From: a virus
Virus record (IMG/VR): IMGVR_UViG_3300023174_003623
Coordinates: 32,001-96,000 of that record
Direction: 5' to 3' (one strand)
DNA length: 64,000 bases
Shown here one piece after another: positions 37,281 through 47,208 of the stretch (position 1 is its first letter; each line of letters starts with the position of its first letter). The position numbers were made by a program, and so were the translations under genes. The notes under the pieces were generated by a model. It searched no databases and was not told the origin of the DNA. It saw nothing but the letters and a program-made list of their open reading frames with translations.

Positions 37281-40259
37281 ATGGCATCATTTGCTGTAAC
37301 TCCACAAAAAGTAACACAAGACCAGACTAATTTCATTTATCCAATGAATTGTAGTGTTTCTGGATTAAAACCAAATTCTACATATGATTTTTATGTAGAT
37401 GGAAAAAAAAGAAATGATGCAGTAGTACAAGGCACTAGTAAAGTTTATACTGGAACTGGTACAGTTAATGGATTAAAAAGTGATGCTAGCGGGAAATGTT
37501 CTTTTACCTTTTTTCCTATAGTAATAAATGGATTTAATAATGCAAATATTGGTGGTCTTAATTCTCGTAATAATTGGAATACTCCATTACCTAAAAAATT
37601 AGAATTAATTGGGCCTGATGGTAAATCTGCTGCTATTTCTAAACCACCCGCAGTTAGTGCTTCTAATCCAATAGTATATTCAAATAAGCCACCAACTGTC
37701 CCACCAGACAAAGTTACTGAAAAAATTATTTCTAATAATACGATTGAAACTGGAAGAACTGATTTAGGAGTAATTAGACAAACTACTTCATATGGTACGG
37801 GTAATCAAACTCCACTTTCAGAAGTTTCATTATATTTTGACTATATACAATCATTTTATATTGACCCATCATCTGTTGGTGGTAGTCAAACTGTAAGTGT
37901 ATCTGATATAGAATTATTTTTCAAGCAAAAACCTAATGCTAAACACAATCAATCTCAAATATTAAATCCCGGTGTATATTTGTACATCTGTCAAATGAAA
38001 GATGGTCAACCCGATTTATCTAAAATATATGCTGAATCTAAAATAAGATTAGAATATAGTGAAATTTTTCCATCATTAGATGCTAAATCTGAGACTATTT
38101 TTTCTTTTAAATCCCCTTTACTTTTAAAAACAGGTGAATCTTACGGTATTGTAATCAATTTTGAAGATCCTCAATTTTCTTTATGGACAGCAACTCAAGG
38201 TAAAAACTCAATTAATACTGGAAAGATTTGTGGCAGTGCCTATACATCTGGTAAATTATTTAGAGCAAGTAACTATCTAGAAATTGATAATGACCCTAAA
38301 ACCTTTGATCAACTTTTTAAACCATTATCCGATACAGATTTAAAATTTTATGTAAATGTTTTAGAATTTGATACTACAACTAGAACTGTAGAATTAGTCA
38401 ATCAAGATTATGAATTTTTAACTTTTACAAATTTGGTAGCAAACAATGTATTGATGTCGTCATTTTTAATTGGTGAAAATATATATCAAGATTTTGGCAA
38501 CACTAGTGCGAATGTAACCTTTTATAAATCGGGTACATTGAATATTAATGCTGGAGTATTAGGTGCAATTCATAGTCTCGATTCAGTTCAATATAATGTT
38601 TATGGAACTGGTACAAAATTTTTTACAGATGTGGATTATAATGATGCCATAGTTATTACTGATGGTACATTAGGAAATACAGATATTAGAAAAGTATCTA
38701 AAATTATAAGTGATACACAAATAAGATTAGATAAACCAACATCTTTTACAAATTCTGCTGCCAGATATAAAGTTACTGCTGTTGGTACTTTTGAGAATTT
38801 ATTATTAAACCCAAATACTGCCATTTTAAATAATTCAAATGCTAGTGACACAACTCGATTTATTAAAGATGGGGTGAATTATATTACTTTTACTGGTGGT
38901 AGTAATTATGCAAATAGCGATTATATCATATTTACTGGTGGTGTAGTAGAAGGCAGAGCTAATCTAGTTACAAATTCTTCAGGTGGTATTATAAGTATTA
39001 ATATTACAAATACTGGATATGGATTTACAGCTACACCAACAGCTACACTTTATACATCATCTGGAGTATCAGGTGGCACGGGTACATCTGCGGTTCTTAC
39101 AGTTTCTAGTGGTGCTCAATTAAAAGGTGAAATGTCTTTAGTTAAAGCAGAAATTTCCAATGTAACCGTTTTTTCAGTCGATTCGGTTATTCCAGATGTT
39201 CAAGTGCAAGTAAAAGGTTCTTCGTATAAAGAATCTAAAATGAATTTTGCAGTATTAGACACAGTTTCAAATGCATATACAATATCTACATCAAACTATA
39301 TTCCTGTGATTAATGATTCGATTGATATTAAAAATTATGATGCATCTATTCTTTCAAAATCACTTGAAATTGCAAATAAATCAACATTAATTTCCTCTAT
39401 TTCAGAAGGAAAAAGTTCTATTTTAAAATTTGATATTGGAACTTCTAACAAATACGAATCTCCAGAATTACATACCTCATTAGCTTCAATATATGCGTTT
39501 TATAATTCAATTAATAATGATGCGACAAATGAACATACAAATTCTGGTAACGCAACGTCACGCCACATTTCTAAGAAAATTACTTTTGCTAAAAACAGAT
39601 TTGCTGAAGACGTTAGACTCATTACAAACGTATGGAGACCTTCTGGCACCGATGTTAAGTTCTATGCTCGTATTCATAATTCAAAGGACGAGGATGCCTT
39701 TGATGATAAAGATTGGTCAGAACTTGAACTAAAAGATGCTGCATATGGTGGTCGAGTTTATAGTAGTTTAACAGATAGTAAAGATTATGTAGAATTGACA
39801 TATGGATTTCGTTCCTATCCTATAATCGCAACGACTGCATCTGGAATAGCAACTCTTGCTAATTCTAGTATAACAAATACTACTGTGACAGGTGTGGGTA
39901 CATCTTTCAATACAGAAATAGCAAATGGTGATGTTATTGTATTTTATGATCCATTATTTGCAAATACAAATTATGCTGTTGCGGTTGTTGCAAACACTCC
40001 AGTTTCATCTTCTTTTGAAATAAATAAAGCAATAGGTAATGTAAGTTTAGGTACAGCTTCTCTTAAAATTGGAGTAGCTTCTCGTAAAAATAGTGCATTC
40101 AATAATATTCAAAACGAAAATGTTGTACGTTATTATTCGACTAGTCTTACTGAGTTTGATACATACGATACCTTAGCTATTAAAATTGTACCATTATCAA
40201 ATAATTCTAATATTGTTCCGAGAGTAAATGATATAAGTGTTATTGGAGTTTCTGCATGA
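37281..40259 (+). CDS. VrlC/DUF4815-like virion protein, C-terminal part
   Basis: GLKP.S.Y.FY.DG, QSFYI, LFFK.K, T.F.F.SP, DLKF, ISKKIT, AIKIV..S.....VPR. Confidence 0.75.
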   Translation: MASFAVTPQKVTQDQTNFIYPMNCSVSGLKPNSTYDFYVDGKKRNDAVVQGTSKVYTGTGTVNGLKSDASGKCSFTFFPIVINGFNNANIGGLNSRNNWNTPLPKKLELIGPDGKSAAISKPPAVSASNPIVYSNKPPTVPPDKVTEKIISNNTIETGRTDLGVIRQTTSYGTGNQTPLSEVSLYFDYIQSFYIDPSSVGGSQTVSVSDIELFFKQKPNAKHNQSQILNPGVYLYICQMKDGQPDLSKIYAESKIRLEYSEIFPSLDAKSETIFSFKSPLLLKTGESYGIVINFEDPQFSLWTATQGKNSINTGKICGSAYTSGKLFRASNYLEIDNDPKTFDQLFKPLSDTDLKFYVNVLEFDTTTRTVELVNQDYEFLTFTNLVANNVLMSSFLIGENIYQDFGNTSANVTFYKSGTLNINAGVLGAIHSLDSVQYNVYGTGTKFFTDVDYNDAIVITDGTLGNTDIRKVSKIISDTQIRLDKPTSFTNSAARYKVTAVGTFENLLLNPNTAILNNSNASDTTRFIKDGVNYITFTGGSNYANSDYIIFTGGVVEGRANLVTNSSGGIISINITNTGYGFTATPTATLYTSSGVSGGTGTSAVLTVSSGAQLKGEMSLVKAEISNVTVFSVDSVIPDVQVQVKGSSYKESKMNFAVLDTVSNAYTISTSNYIPVINDSIDIKNYDASILSKSLEIANKSTLISSISEGKSSILKFDIGTSNKYESPELHTSLASIYAFYNSINNDATNEHTNSGNATSRHISKKITFAKNRFAEDVRLITNVWRPSGTDVKFYARIHNSKDEDAFDDKDWSELELKDAAYGGRVYSSLTDSKDYVELTYGFRSYPIIATTASGIATLANSSITNTTVTGVGTSFNTEIANGDVIVFYDPLFANTNYAVAVVANTPVSSSFEINKAIGNVSLGTASLKIGVASRKNSAFNNIQNENVVRYYSTSLTEFDTYDTLAIKIVPLSNNSNIVPRVNDISVIGVSA

Positions 40260-40471
40260 CACAATATGCTAAAACTAATCATTCTGGGATTCTTCGTGAT
40301 ATATCGACAAATGTTATCATAAATACTAATGATGCAGATTATAATCGAATCTTAGAACAAAGAAAGCAAAATAGACAATCTCAAATGATTCAACAGCAAA
40401 TTGATAGTCTTAGAAATGAATTTGTTGAATTAAAAGAAATGCTTAAACAAGTAATAAATGGAAACAAATAA
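40256..40471 (+). CDS. Small coiled-coil protein
   Basis: 71 aa, RD.S..IIN, C-terminal heptads; overlaps both neighbours. Confidence 0.75.
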   Translation: MTQYAKTNHSGILRDISTNVIINTNDADYNRILEQRKQNRQSQMIQQQIDSLRNEFVELKEMLKQVINGNK

Positions 40472-43389
40472 TGGCGAGAACAGTAGCAAATCTTGATGTA
40501 TCCGTAGATACTTTTCAGAATTGGGTAAACAAAACTAATCAACTTGCGTATTCTCTTTCAACTGAAATAATTACTGGAAATTCTACTGTAGGGATTACTG
40601 GTACAACTCTAGAGCCTAGATATGCTCAGCTTGTAGGAAGATTTGGTGCAAATAGTATTGTTGCTACTGATGAACTTCGCGGTGGAAATGTATCTGGTTA
40701 TGCTCTTCTTACTATTACATCTAATACTACATTCAGTGGTAATTCTTCAGCAAATGCATCTTATGTAAATGCTCAAGCTAATGTGTATGTTAATAATGCG
40801 GTATTTCAAGTTAATAGTCAAGCAGTAACTATTACTGGTAATACAAATATTAAAGGAAATACTTCAGTAACTGCTATTACGGTTACAGGTAATTCTACCG
40901 TATCAAATACGATCATTACCGGTACAGATCTTTTTATTACTACGGTCAATACTTCTGTTAATAGTAGATCTATTTTTACTGGCAACACATATATTAAAGC
41001 AAACTCTACTGTTACCAATATTACGGTTCAAGGTAACGGCACTACAGCAAATACAATTCTTGCTGGTAATCTTACACAGATTACTTCTAATTTAGATGTA
41101 ACTGGTACGGTCCATACGATTGCGGGTAATGTAAATTTTGATAGTGCTACTCTATTTGTAAATAGTGTTGACAATCGTGTAGGTATTTCAAATTCCACAC
41201 CTGACGCTACATTTGTAGTTACAGGAACAGCAAATGTTTCTGGTGCATCACGATTTGCAAATACATTAAATGTAGTGGGTGCAGTCACATTATCAAATAC
41301 ATTAAGTGTTACTAATACTACATCTTTATCAAACACATTAACTGTGACAGGTGCAGTCACATTATCAAATACATTAATTGTTACTGGTAATGTCACATTA
41401 TCAAATACATTATCTATTGTTGGAAATGTTGCTTTAGCAAATACTCTAAGTGTCACAGGAAATGTTATTTTAGCGAATACTCTAAGTGTTACTGGTGCTG
41501 CTAATCTAATGTTTACTTTAGGCATAAGTGGTGCAGCTAATGCATTAAGTACGTTCGGTGTCACTGGTGCAGCTAACGCTTTGAGTACGTTCGGTGTCAC
41601 TGGTGCAGCTAACGCTTTGAGTACGTTCGGTGTCACTGGTGCAGCTAACGCTTTGAGTACGTTCGGTGTCACTGGTGCAGCTAACGCTTTGAGTGCGTTT
41701 GGTGTGAATGGATTACTTACAGCAGCAGGGAATATAAATGTAACTGGGGTTGCTAATGTATCCTCTAATTTGAATGTTGGTGTTTTTGGAACCACAAATG
41801 GTGTCAATATACAAAATACTGCAATTATTGTAGGTAACTCAACAGCCAACGCAACACATGCGTTTAATCTTGTACAAGTAGCTAACAGCACATTTATTGC
41901 TAATTTGACTTCATCTACATTAACGATTGGAACAACGACAGTAAATGGATCTCATATTAATGCGATCAATCTTACAGTTGGTTCTAACTTCATAGCTAAC
42001 TCTACTGCTATTGTTGGAACTGGATTTGCTAATGTAACCACCAGTGTTAACTCTTCTTTGTTAACGGTTGGTACTAACTTTATAGCGAATACTACCGGGG
42101 CTTATCATACTGGTACCGTCAATGCTGCTAGTCACACTGTTGGATCTAACTTTATAGCAAATACTACTGGAGTTTATCATACTGGTACTGTTAATGCAGC
42201 TAGTTATACAGTAGGTGTATTATTTACAGCTAACAGTACATTAGTCAACGCTGTGGCACTCAATATTGTTAATCAAGTTAATACCGCAACAATTTATGTG
42301 ACTACTAGTGCAAATGTTGGTAGTGCATTCTTAGCTAACACGACTGGTGCTTATCATACTGGCACGATGAACGCAGTTAGTCACACTGTTGGTTCTAACT
42401 TCATAGCTAACTCTACTGCTATTGTTGGAACTGGATTTGCTAACGTTACTACTAGTGTCAACTCTGCGCTACTAACGGTTGGTACTAATTTTATAGCGAA
42501 TACTACCGGGGCTTATCATACTGGTACCGTCAATGCAGCTAATGTTACGGTAGGATCTAACTTTATAGCAAATACTACTGGAGTTTATCATACTGGTACT
42601 GTTAACGCTGCTAGTCACACTGTTGGATCTAACTTTATAGCAAATACTACTGGAGTTTATCATACTGGTACTGTTAACGCTGCTAGTCACACTGTTGGAT
42701 TAATTGGTATATCAAATGGTAGCACTATTAATGCTACAGCAATTATTATCGGTAATACTACATCAAATGCAGTTATTTCTGGTAATTTAGTATCTGTATC
42801 GAATACTGCTAACTTAACTTCTATTGCTTTAACTATTGGCACGACGACTGTAAATGCAGGGCATATTAATGTTGGCACATTAATTGTAACTGGATCAGGT
42901 AACGTTGGAAGCACATTCGCTATAGGTGGTGCAGCTAACGCTTTAAGTACTCTAGGTGTTAGAGGTGCTACCACTCTTGCTAATACGCTAACGGTTACTG
43001 GTAATGCGACTTTTGTTAATACTGTATCAATAACCGGTACCACAGTATTTAATGCAGATTACAGTATTCAAGTAACTGCTAATGGAAATCTTGGTGCAAC
43101 AGTTGGTTCTCCATTGCTAGTGTATTCTTTTGATAAGACAGAGTATTCTTCAGCAAAAATTTCAGCACAAATGAAAAATAGCACTTCTTCTATTACACAA
43201 ATTAACGAAATTGTGCTTGCTCATGATACAACAACTCCATATATAACAGTATATGCCACAGTTGTTTCGCCCGCTGGTGGTAACAATGGTGTATACTCTG
43301 TGGTTATAAATAATGCAAATGTTGAATTAAAATTCACGCAGTCTGCTGCAAGTTCTAACGCTAGAATCATAGCTCATCTAATAAAGTAG
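40471..43389 (+). CDS. Tail fibre protein with tandem beta-repeats
   Basis: DTF..W..KTN N-terminus, LFV....NRVGI, 12-aa and 24-aa repeats. Confidence 0.8.
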   Translation: MARTVANLDVSVDTFQNWVNKTNQLAYSLSTEIITGNSTVGITGTTLEPRYAQLVGRFGANSIVATDELRGGNVSGYALLTITSNTTFSGNSSANASYVNAQANVYVNNAVFQVNSQAVTITGNTNIKGNTSVTAITVTGNSTVSNTIITGTDLFITTVNTSVNSRSIFTGNTYIKANSTVTNITVQGNGTTANTILAGNLTQITSNLDVTGTVHTIAGNVNFDSATLFVNSVDNRVGISNSTPDATFVVTGTANVSGASRFANTLNVVGAVTLSNTLSVTNTTSLSNTLTVTGAVTLSNTLIVTGNVTLSNTLSIVGNVALANTLSVTGNVILANTLSVTGAANLMFTLGISGAANALSTFGVTGAANALSTFGVTGAANALSTFGVTGAANALSTFGVTGAANALSAFGVNGLLTAAGNINVTGVANVSSNLNVGVFGTTNGVNIQNTAIIVGNSTANATHAFNLVQVANSTFIANLTSSTLTIGTTTVNGSHINAINLTVGSNFIANSTAIVGTGFANVTTSVNSSLLTVGTNFIANTTGAYHTGTVNAASHTVGSNFIANTTGVYHTGTVNAASYTVGVLFTANSTLVNAVALNIVNQVNTATIYVTTSANVGSAFLANTTGAYHTGTMNAVSHTVGSNFIANSTAIVGTGFANVTTSVNSALLTVGTNFIANTTGAYHTGTVNAANVTVGSNFIANTTGVYHTGTVNAASHTVGSNFIANTTGVYHTGTVNAASHTVGLIGISNGSTINATAIIIGNTTSNAVISGNLVSVSNTANLTSIALTIGTTTVNAGHINVGTLIVTGSGNVGSTFAIGGAANALSTLGVRGATTLANTLTVTGNATFVNTVSITGTTVFNADYSIQVTANGNLGATVGSPLLVYSFDKTEYSSAKISAQMKNSTSSITQINEIVLAHDTTTPYITVYATVVSPAGGNNGVYSVVINNANVELKFTQSAASSNARIIAHLIK
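41530..41706 (+). repeat. 36-bp coding tandem repeat (GAANALSTFGVT), about 5 units
   Basis: GGTGCAGCTAACGCTTTGAGTACGTTCGGTGTCACT exact x3 at 41566-41673 with degenerate flanking units. Confidence 0.95.
41977..42700 (+). repeat. Internal duplication (offset 411) and 72-bp units (VGSNFIANTTGVYHTGTVNAASHT)
   Basis: Near-identical DNA starting at 41977 and 42388. Confidence 0.9.
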
Positions 43390-43398
43390 TGGTACTAA

Positions 43399-46300
43399 AT
43401 GGCTAATACACGTTTTAAAGCAGAAAATGGTCTTATTGTAGTTAACGGCAATTCGCAATTCGATACTACTACTCAATTCAATGCTAACGTTACAGTTGCA
43501 GCAGATCAATGGTATATTGGTGGTAATCTTTATGTGGCCGATACAAAAGTATTCATTGGTGGAACTGTAGCTACAGCGGATATTATAGCAGGTACATCTG
43601 GATTAAAACTTGCAAATAGTACTTATCAATTTGATGCTTATTTAAGTAATGTTTATGTTTATGGAACTGCATTAAATCCAGTTGGAAACACTACTCTATT
43701 AGGAAATTCAACAAATCGTTGGGTCATTTCAGGTAACTCTCTTAATATTTCCACTACTACTGTATTAACTGGTGCTGCTAACGCTTTAAGTACGTTTGGT
43801 GTTACTGGTGCTGCTAACGCTTTAAGTACATTTGGTGTTACTGGTGCTACCACTCTTGCTAGTACTTTATCCGTTGCTGGTGCTGCTAACGCTTTGAGTA
43901 CGTTTGGTGTTGCTGGTGCTGCTAACGCTTTGAGTACGTTTGGTGTTACTGGTGCTACCACTCTTGCTAGTACTTTATCCGTTGCTGGTGCTGCTAACGC
44001 TTTGAGTACGTTTGGTGTTACTGGTGCTGCTAACGCTTTAAGTACATTTGGTGTTACTGGTGCTGCTAACGCTTTGAGTACTCTAGGTGTTAGAGGTGTT
44101 ACCACTCTTGCTTCTAATTTATCTGTTGCTGGTATAACAACATTATCTGGTAATGCTGTATTAAGTGGTAGCTTACAAACTATTTCTGGTAATACCTCAT
44201 TTAATGGTGGTGCTCTATTTGTTGATGCTATTAATAATCGTGTCGGTATTGGCACAACAACACCAGATAGAGGACTAGATGTTGCTGGGGGGTTTAGAGT
44301 TTCTCTTGCATCTGATTTTGGAAATACTACCACCCATCTTGGTGCAGCTACATTCTCCAATACTATTACAGTTACTGGTAATTCAACATTCAATAACACT
44401 GCTACATTTAATGCTAATGCTATTTTTAATAATGCGGTAACTATTTCTGGAAATTTAACGGTATCTGGCACTACGACTTATGTTAATACTCAAACCTTAA
44501 ATGTAGCTGATAATATCGTTACACTAAATGCTGATGTAGTCGGCGCTCCTCCTTCAGAAAAAGCTGGTATTGAAATTAATCGTGGAACTTCTGCTAATGC
44601 CCAATTAGTATGGGACGAAGCCGCTACTCCAAAAACATGGAAATTATCTTCTGATTCTATTACTTACTATAATATTGTAAATGAAGGCACATCAAATACT
44701 AGTTTAGATGGTGGTGTTTTATTTGTTGATGCGTTAAATAATCGTGTAGGTATTAACACAACAACTCCCGGTGCAGCTTTAAATGTCGTTGGAAACACTT
44801 TAATTACTGATACTGTTAATGCTGCTAGTTATACAGTAGGATCCAACTTCATTGCTAATACATCAAGAGTTACCATTTCAGGAATTCCATTACAAGCAAA
44901 TGGTAGCGTTGGTACTCAAGGTCAAATATTAGCAAGTAATGGTTCTATAGGATCTCCATATTGGACTACTGTACCTAGTGGTAGTGGTCCCGGCGGCGGA
45001 GGTTCTAGTACACAAGTGCAATTTAATGACGCTACTGCATTAGGGGGATCTGCTGGATTTACTTTCGATAAGACTACGAATAATGTAACTATTGCTAATA
45101 CCTTAACAGTTGGAACTGTAACTGCTACAACTGGGGTTTTTTCAAATAACTTCGTTAAAGCGCAAAAAATTGTAGCACCCACACCAATTATCAATAAAGG
45201 AACAGGTCTTCTTACTTCAATAGGAGCAACTACATCATTAGGTTCAAGCATCTTTAATCTGGCAGTTGACCCTACTGGTAGATTTCTTTATGCGCCTGTT
45301 TCAGGAGGAACTACTGTCGAGCAATATACTATTGATCAATCTACTGGTGCCTTAACTAGTATTGGTGCTGCAACAGCCGGTAATGGTCCTCGTGCTGTGG
45401 CAGTCGATCCTACTGGTAGATTCGCATATGTCAGTAATTTTACTGATAACTCGATAAGTCAATTCAGTATTGTTCAAGCTACCGGCGCATTAACTGCATT
45501 ATCGCCTGCTACAGTAGCGACGGGCACTAGCCCACAACAAAACTTGATGGTTGACCCTACTGGCAGATTTTTATACATAGGCACAACAACTGGTGGTCTT
45601 GCCTATGTTTATCAATATAGTATTGATCAATCTACTGGTGCATTAACTCTTATTCAATCAACATTACTTTCTTTTGCAACTAGTAGGTGTTCGGTATGGG
45701 TTGACCCTACTGGTAGATTTGTGTATGCCGCTGGAAGTGCTAGCATAAGCGTGTACCGTATTAATCAATCTACCGGTGCATTAACAATCGTGGGATCTGC
45801 TACGGCTCTTAGTGGCACTATATCCAGTATAGCAGGCGATCCTACTGGTAGATTCGTGTATCTTGTAGATCAAACTGGATCCCTAGTAAATCAATTCAGT
45901 ATTGATCAAAATACTGGCGCTGTAACTTCTCTCGGCACAGTGTCAACTGGAAGTACTCCAGTATATATTGCAATCAGCCCTAACGGTCTATACGCTTATG
46001 TTGTTAACAATACTGGGCCTAATATACAACAATATAGTATTAATCAAAGCACCGGTGTATTAACTAGTTTAGGAACAACTTCGGGATCAGGTATTGGACT
46101 AAGCTTGGCAGTTGACCCTACTGGTAGATTTGTTTACGGGGCTAGTTCATCCATAGGTTTATTCTTAGTAAACAATTTATCAGCCGGTAGCGTAACGATT
46201 GCGGGGTCATTAACATCATCAAGTAACTCACTGACTTTAGGAACATCAAGTATATCTTCCAGTGGATACTCTAGATTACCCAACGGTCTTTTAATGCAGT

Positions 46301-46509
46301 GGGGAAATATTTTAGCAAATTCCACAACAGCGTCTTTTAATTATCCAACAACTTTTTCAGCCCTATACAGCACACAAGCAACAGCTTCAAATTCTACATA
46401 TCATGTAACGTACACTGCTCAGTTAATTGCTGTTACAACTTCTAGTACTACTATCAGAACCGCTAATACAGCAAATACCACCGTATATTGGACTGCGATA
46501 GGAACCTAG
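43399..46509 (+). CDS. Tail fibre/receptor-binding protein with beta-propeller and C-terminal fibre-tip domain
   Basis: 12-aa repeats, AG.EI.RG, about seven VDPTGRF.Y blades, C-terminal GY.RLPNGL..QWG...W.AIG. Confidence 0.82.
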   Translation: MANTRFKAENGLIVVNGNSQFDTTTQFNANVTVAADQWYIGGNLYVADTKVFIGGTVATADIIAGTSGLKLANSTYQFDAYLSNVYVYGTALNPVGNTTLLGNSTNRWVISGNSLNISTTTVLTGAANALSTFGVTGAANALSTFGVTGATTLASTLSVAGAANALSTFGVAGAANALSTFGVTGATTLASTLSVAGAANALSTFGVTGAANALSTFGVTGAANALSTLGVRGVTTLASNLSVAGITTLSGNAVLSGSLQTISGNTSFNGGALFVDAINNRVGIGTTTPDRGLDVAGGFRVSLASDFGNTTTHLGAATFSNTITVTGNSTFNNTATFNANAIFNNAVTISGNLTVSGTTTYVNTQTLNVADNIVTLNADVVGAPPSEKAGIEINRGTSANAQLVWDEAATPKTWKLSSDSITYYNIVNEGTSNTSLDGGVLFVDALNNRVGINTTTPGAALNVVGNTLITDTVNAASYTVGSNFIANTSRVTISGIPLQANGSVGTQGQILASNGSIGSPYWTTVPSGSGPGGGGSSTQVQFNDATALGGSAGFTFDKTTNNVTIANTLTVGTVTATTGVFSNNFVKAQKIVAPTPIINKGTGLLTSIGATTSLGSSIFNLAVDPTGRFLYAPVSGGTTVEQYTIDQSTGALTSIGAATAGNGPRAVAVDPTGRFAYVSNFTDNSISQFSIVQATGALTALSPATVATGTSPQQNLMVDPTGRFLYIGTTTGGLAYVYQYSIDQSTGALTLIQSTLLSFATSRCSVWVDPTGRFVYAAGSASISVYRINQSTGALTIVGSATALSGTISSIAGDPTGRFVYLVDQTGSLVNQFSIDQNTGAVTSLGTVSTGSTPVYIAISPNGLYAYVVNNTGPNIQQYSINQSTGVLTSLGTTSGSGIGLSLAVDPTGRFVYGASSSIGLFLVNNLSAGSVTIAGSLTSSSNSLTLGTSSISSSGYSRLPNGLLMQWGNILANSTTASFNYPTTFSALYSTQATASNSTYHVTYTAQLIAVTTSSTTIRTANTANTTVYWTAIGT
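43771..44110 (+). repeat. 36-bp coding repeats (GAANALSTFGVT / GATTLASTLSVA)
   Basis: About 9-10 near-identical units. Confidence 0.92.
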
Positions 46510-46528
46510 CATGGCAACCTCAAGAATA

Positions 46529-46536
46529 TATAAATA
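46529..46536 (+). promoter_or_regulatory. Late promoter
   Basis: Intergenic TATAAATA. Confidence 0.7.
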
Positions 46537-46611
46537 TGAAAGACTTGGTTGATTCTTCATATACAAAATGAATTGAGGACAAAAATGTTATCAAAATTTT
46601 GGTAAAGCAAA

Positions 46612-46941
46612 ATGGCAACAAAAGCAAATCTAATAATCGATCAAGGTTCTTCCTTTTCTACATCAATCGCTTTAACCGATAATGATGGTGTTGCATTAAA
46701 TTTGACTGGGTATACTGGTGCTGCTCAAATAAGAAAACATTATACTTCATCAACCGCAGTGACATTTACAGTTACAATTGATGAACCTAATGGAGAAGTT
46801 TTGTTGTCTTTAACATCCACGCAAACGGCTGCAATTGCGGCTGGTCGATATGTTTATGATGTAGAACTTACTATTGGAAGTTTAGTTTCTCGCGTAATAG
46901 AAGGAATCATTACAGTTACTCCAGAAGTTACCAAGGCTTAA
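46612..46941 (+). CDS. Small Ig-like virion/fibre adaptor protein
   Basis: NL.IDQG..F, LTGY...AQIRK, GRYVYDVE, R.IEG..TV.P.VT. Confidence 0.8.
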   Translation: MATKANLIIDQGSSFSTSIALTDNDGVALNLTGYTGAAQIRKHYTSSTAVTFTVTIDEPNGEVLLSLTSTQTAAIAAGRYVYDVELTIGSLVSRVIEGIITVTPEVTKA

Positions 46942-46954
46942 AGGAACTACTAAA

Positions 46955-47194
46955 ATGAAAGCCTATGTAAAATTGAACAATAACGGTGGCATCTTATCGC
47001 CAACTGGTTCTATAAGTTTAAAGAATCAGCCTAATGTATTAGCAACTATTCAAGATATTCCAGATGTTAGTGAGATTGAAGTTTCAACTGGATCAACACT
47101 AATTTATAATTCCTCTACTGATAATTATGAAATCAAGCATATGCAATTTGCAGATATTTCAGGTACTCTCGATTTAGATGGAGGCACCTTTTAA
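46955..47194 (+). CDS. Small fibre-associated protein
   Basis: 79 aa, DV......G.TLIYN, ends LDGGTF. Confidence 0.7.
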   Translation: MKAYVKLNNNGGILSPTGSISLKNQPNVLATIQDIPDVSEIEVSTGSTLIYNSSTDNYEIKHMQFADISGTLDLDGGTF

Positions 47195-47208
47195 TTAAAG
47201 GAAATTAA

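Noticed and set aside
41530-44110. 36-bp repeats as a CRISPR array
   Set aside because: Contiguous in-frame coding units with no unique spacers; no cas genes
41028-44471. Long antisense ORFs 41028-41891 and 43659-44471
   Set aside because: Shadow frames of stop-poor coding repeats in the fibre genes
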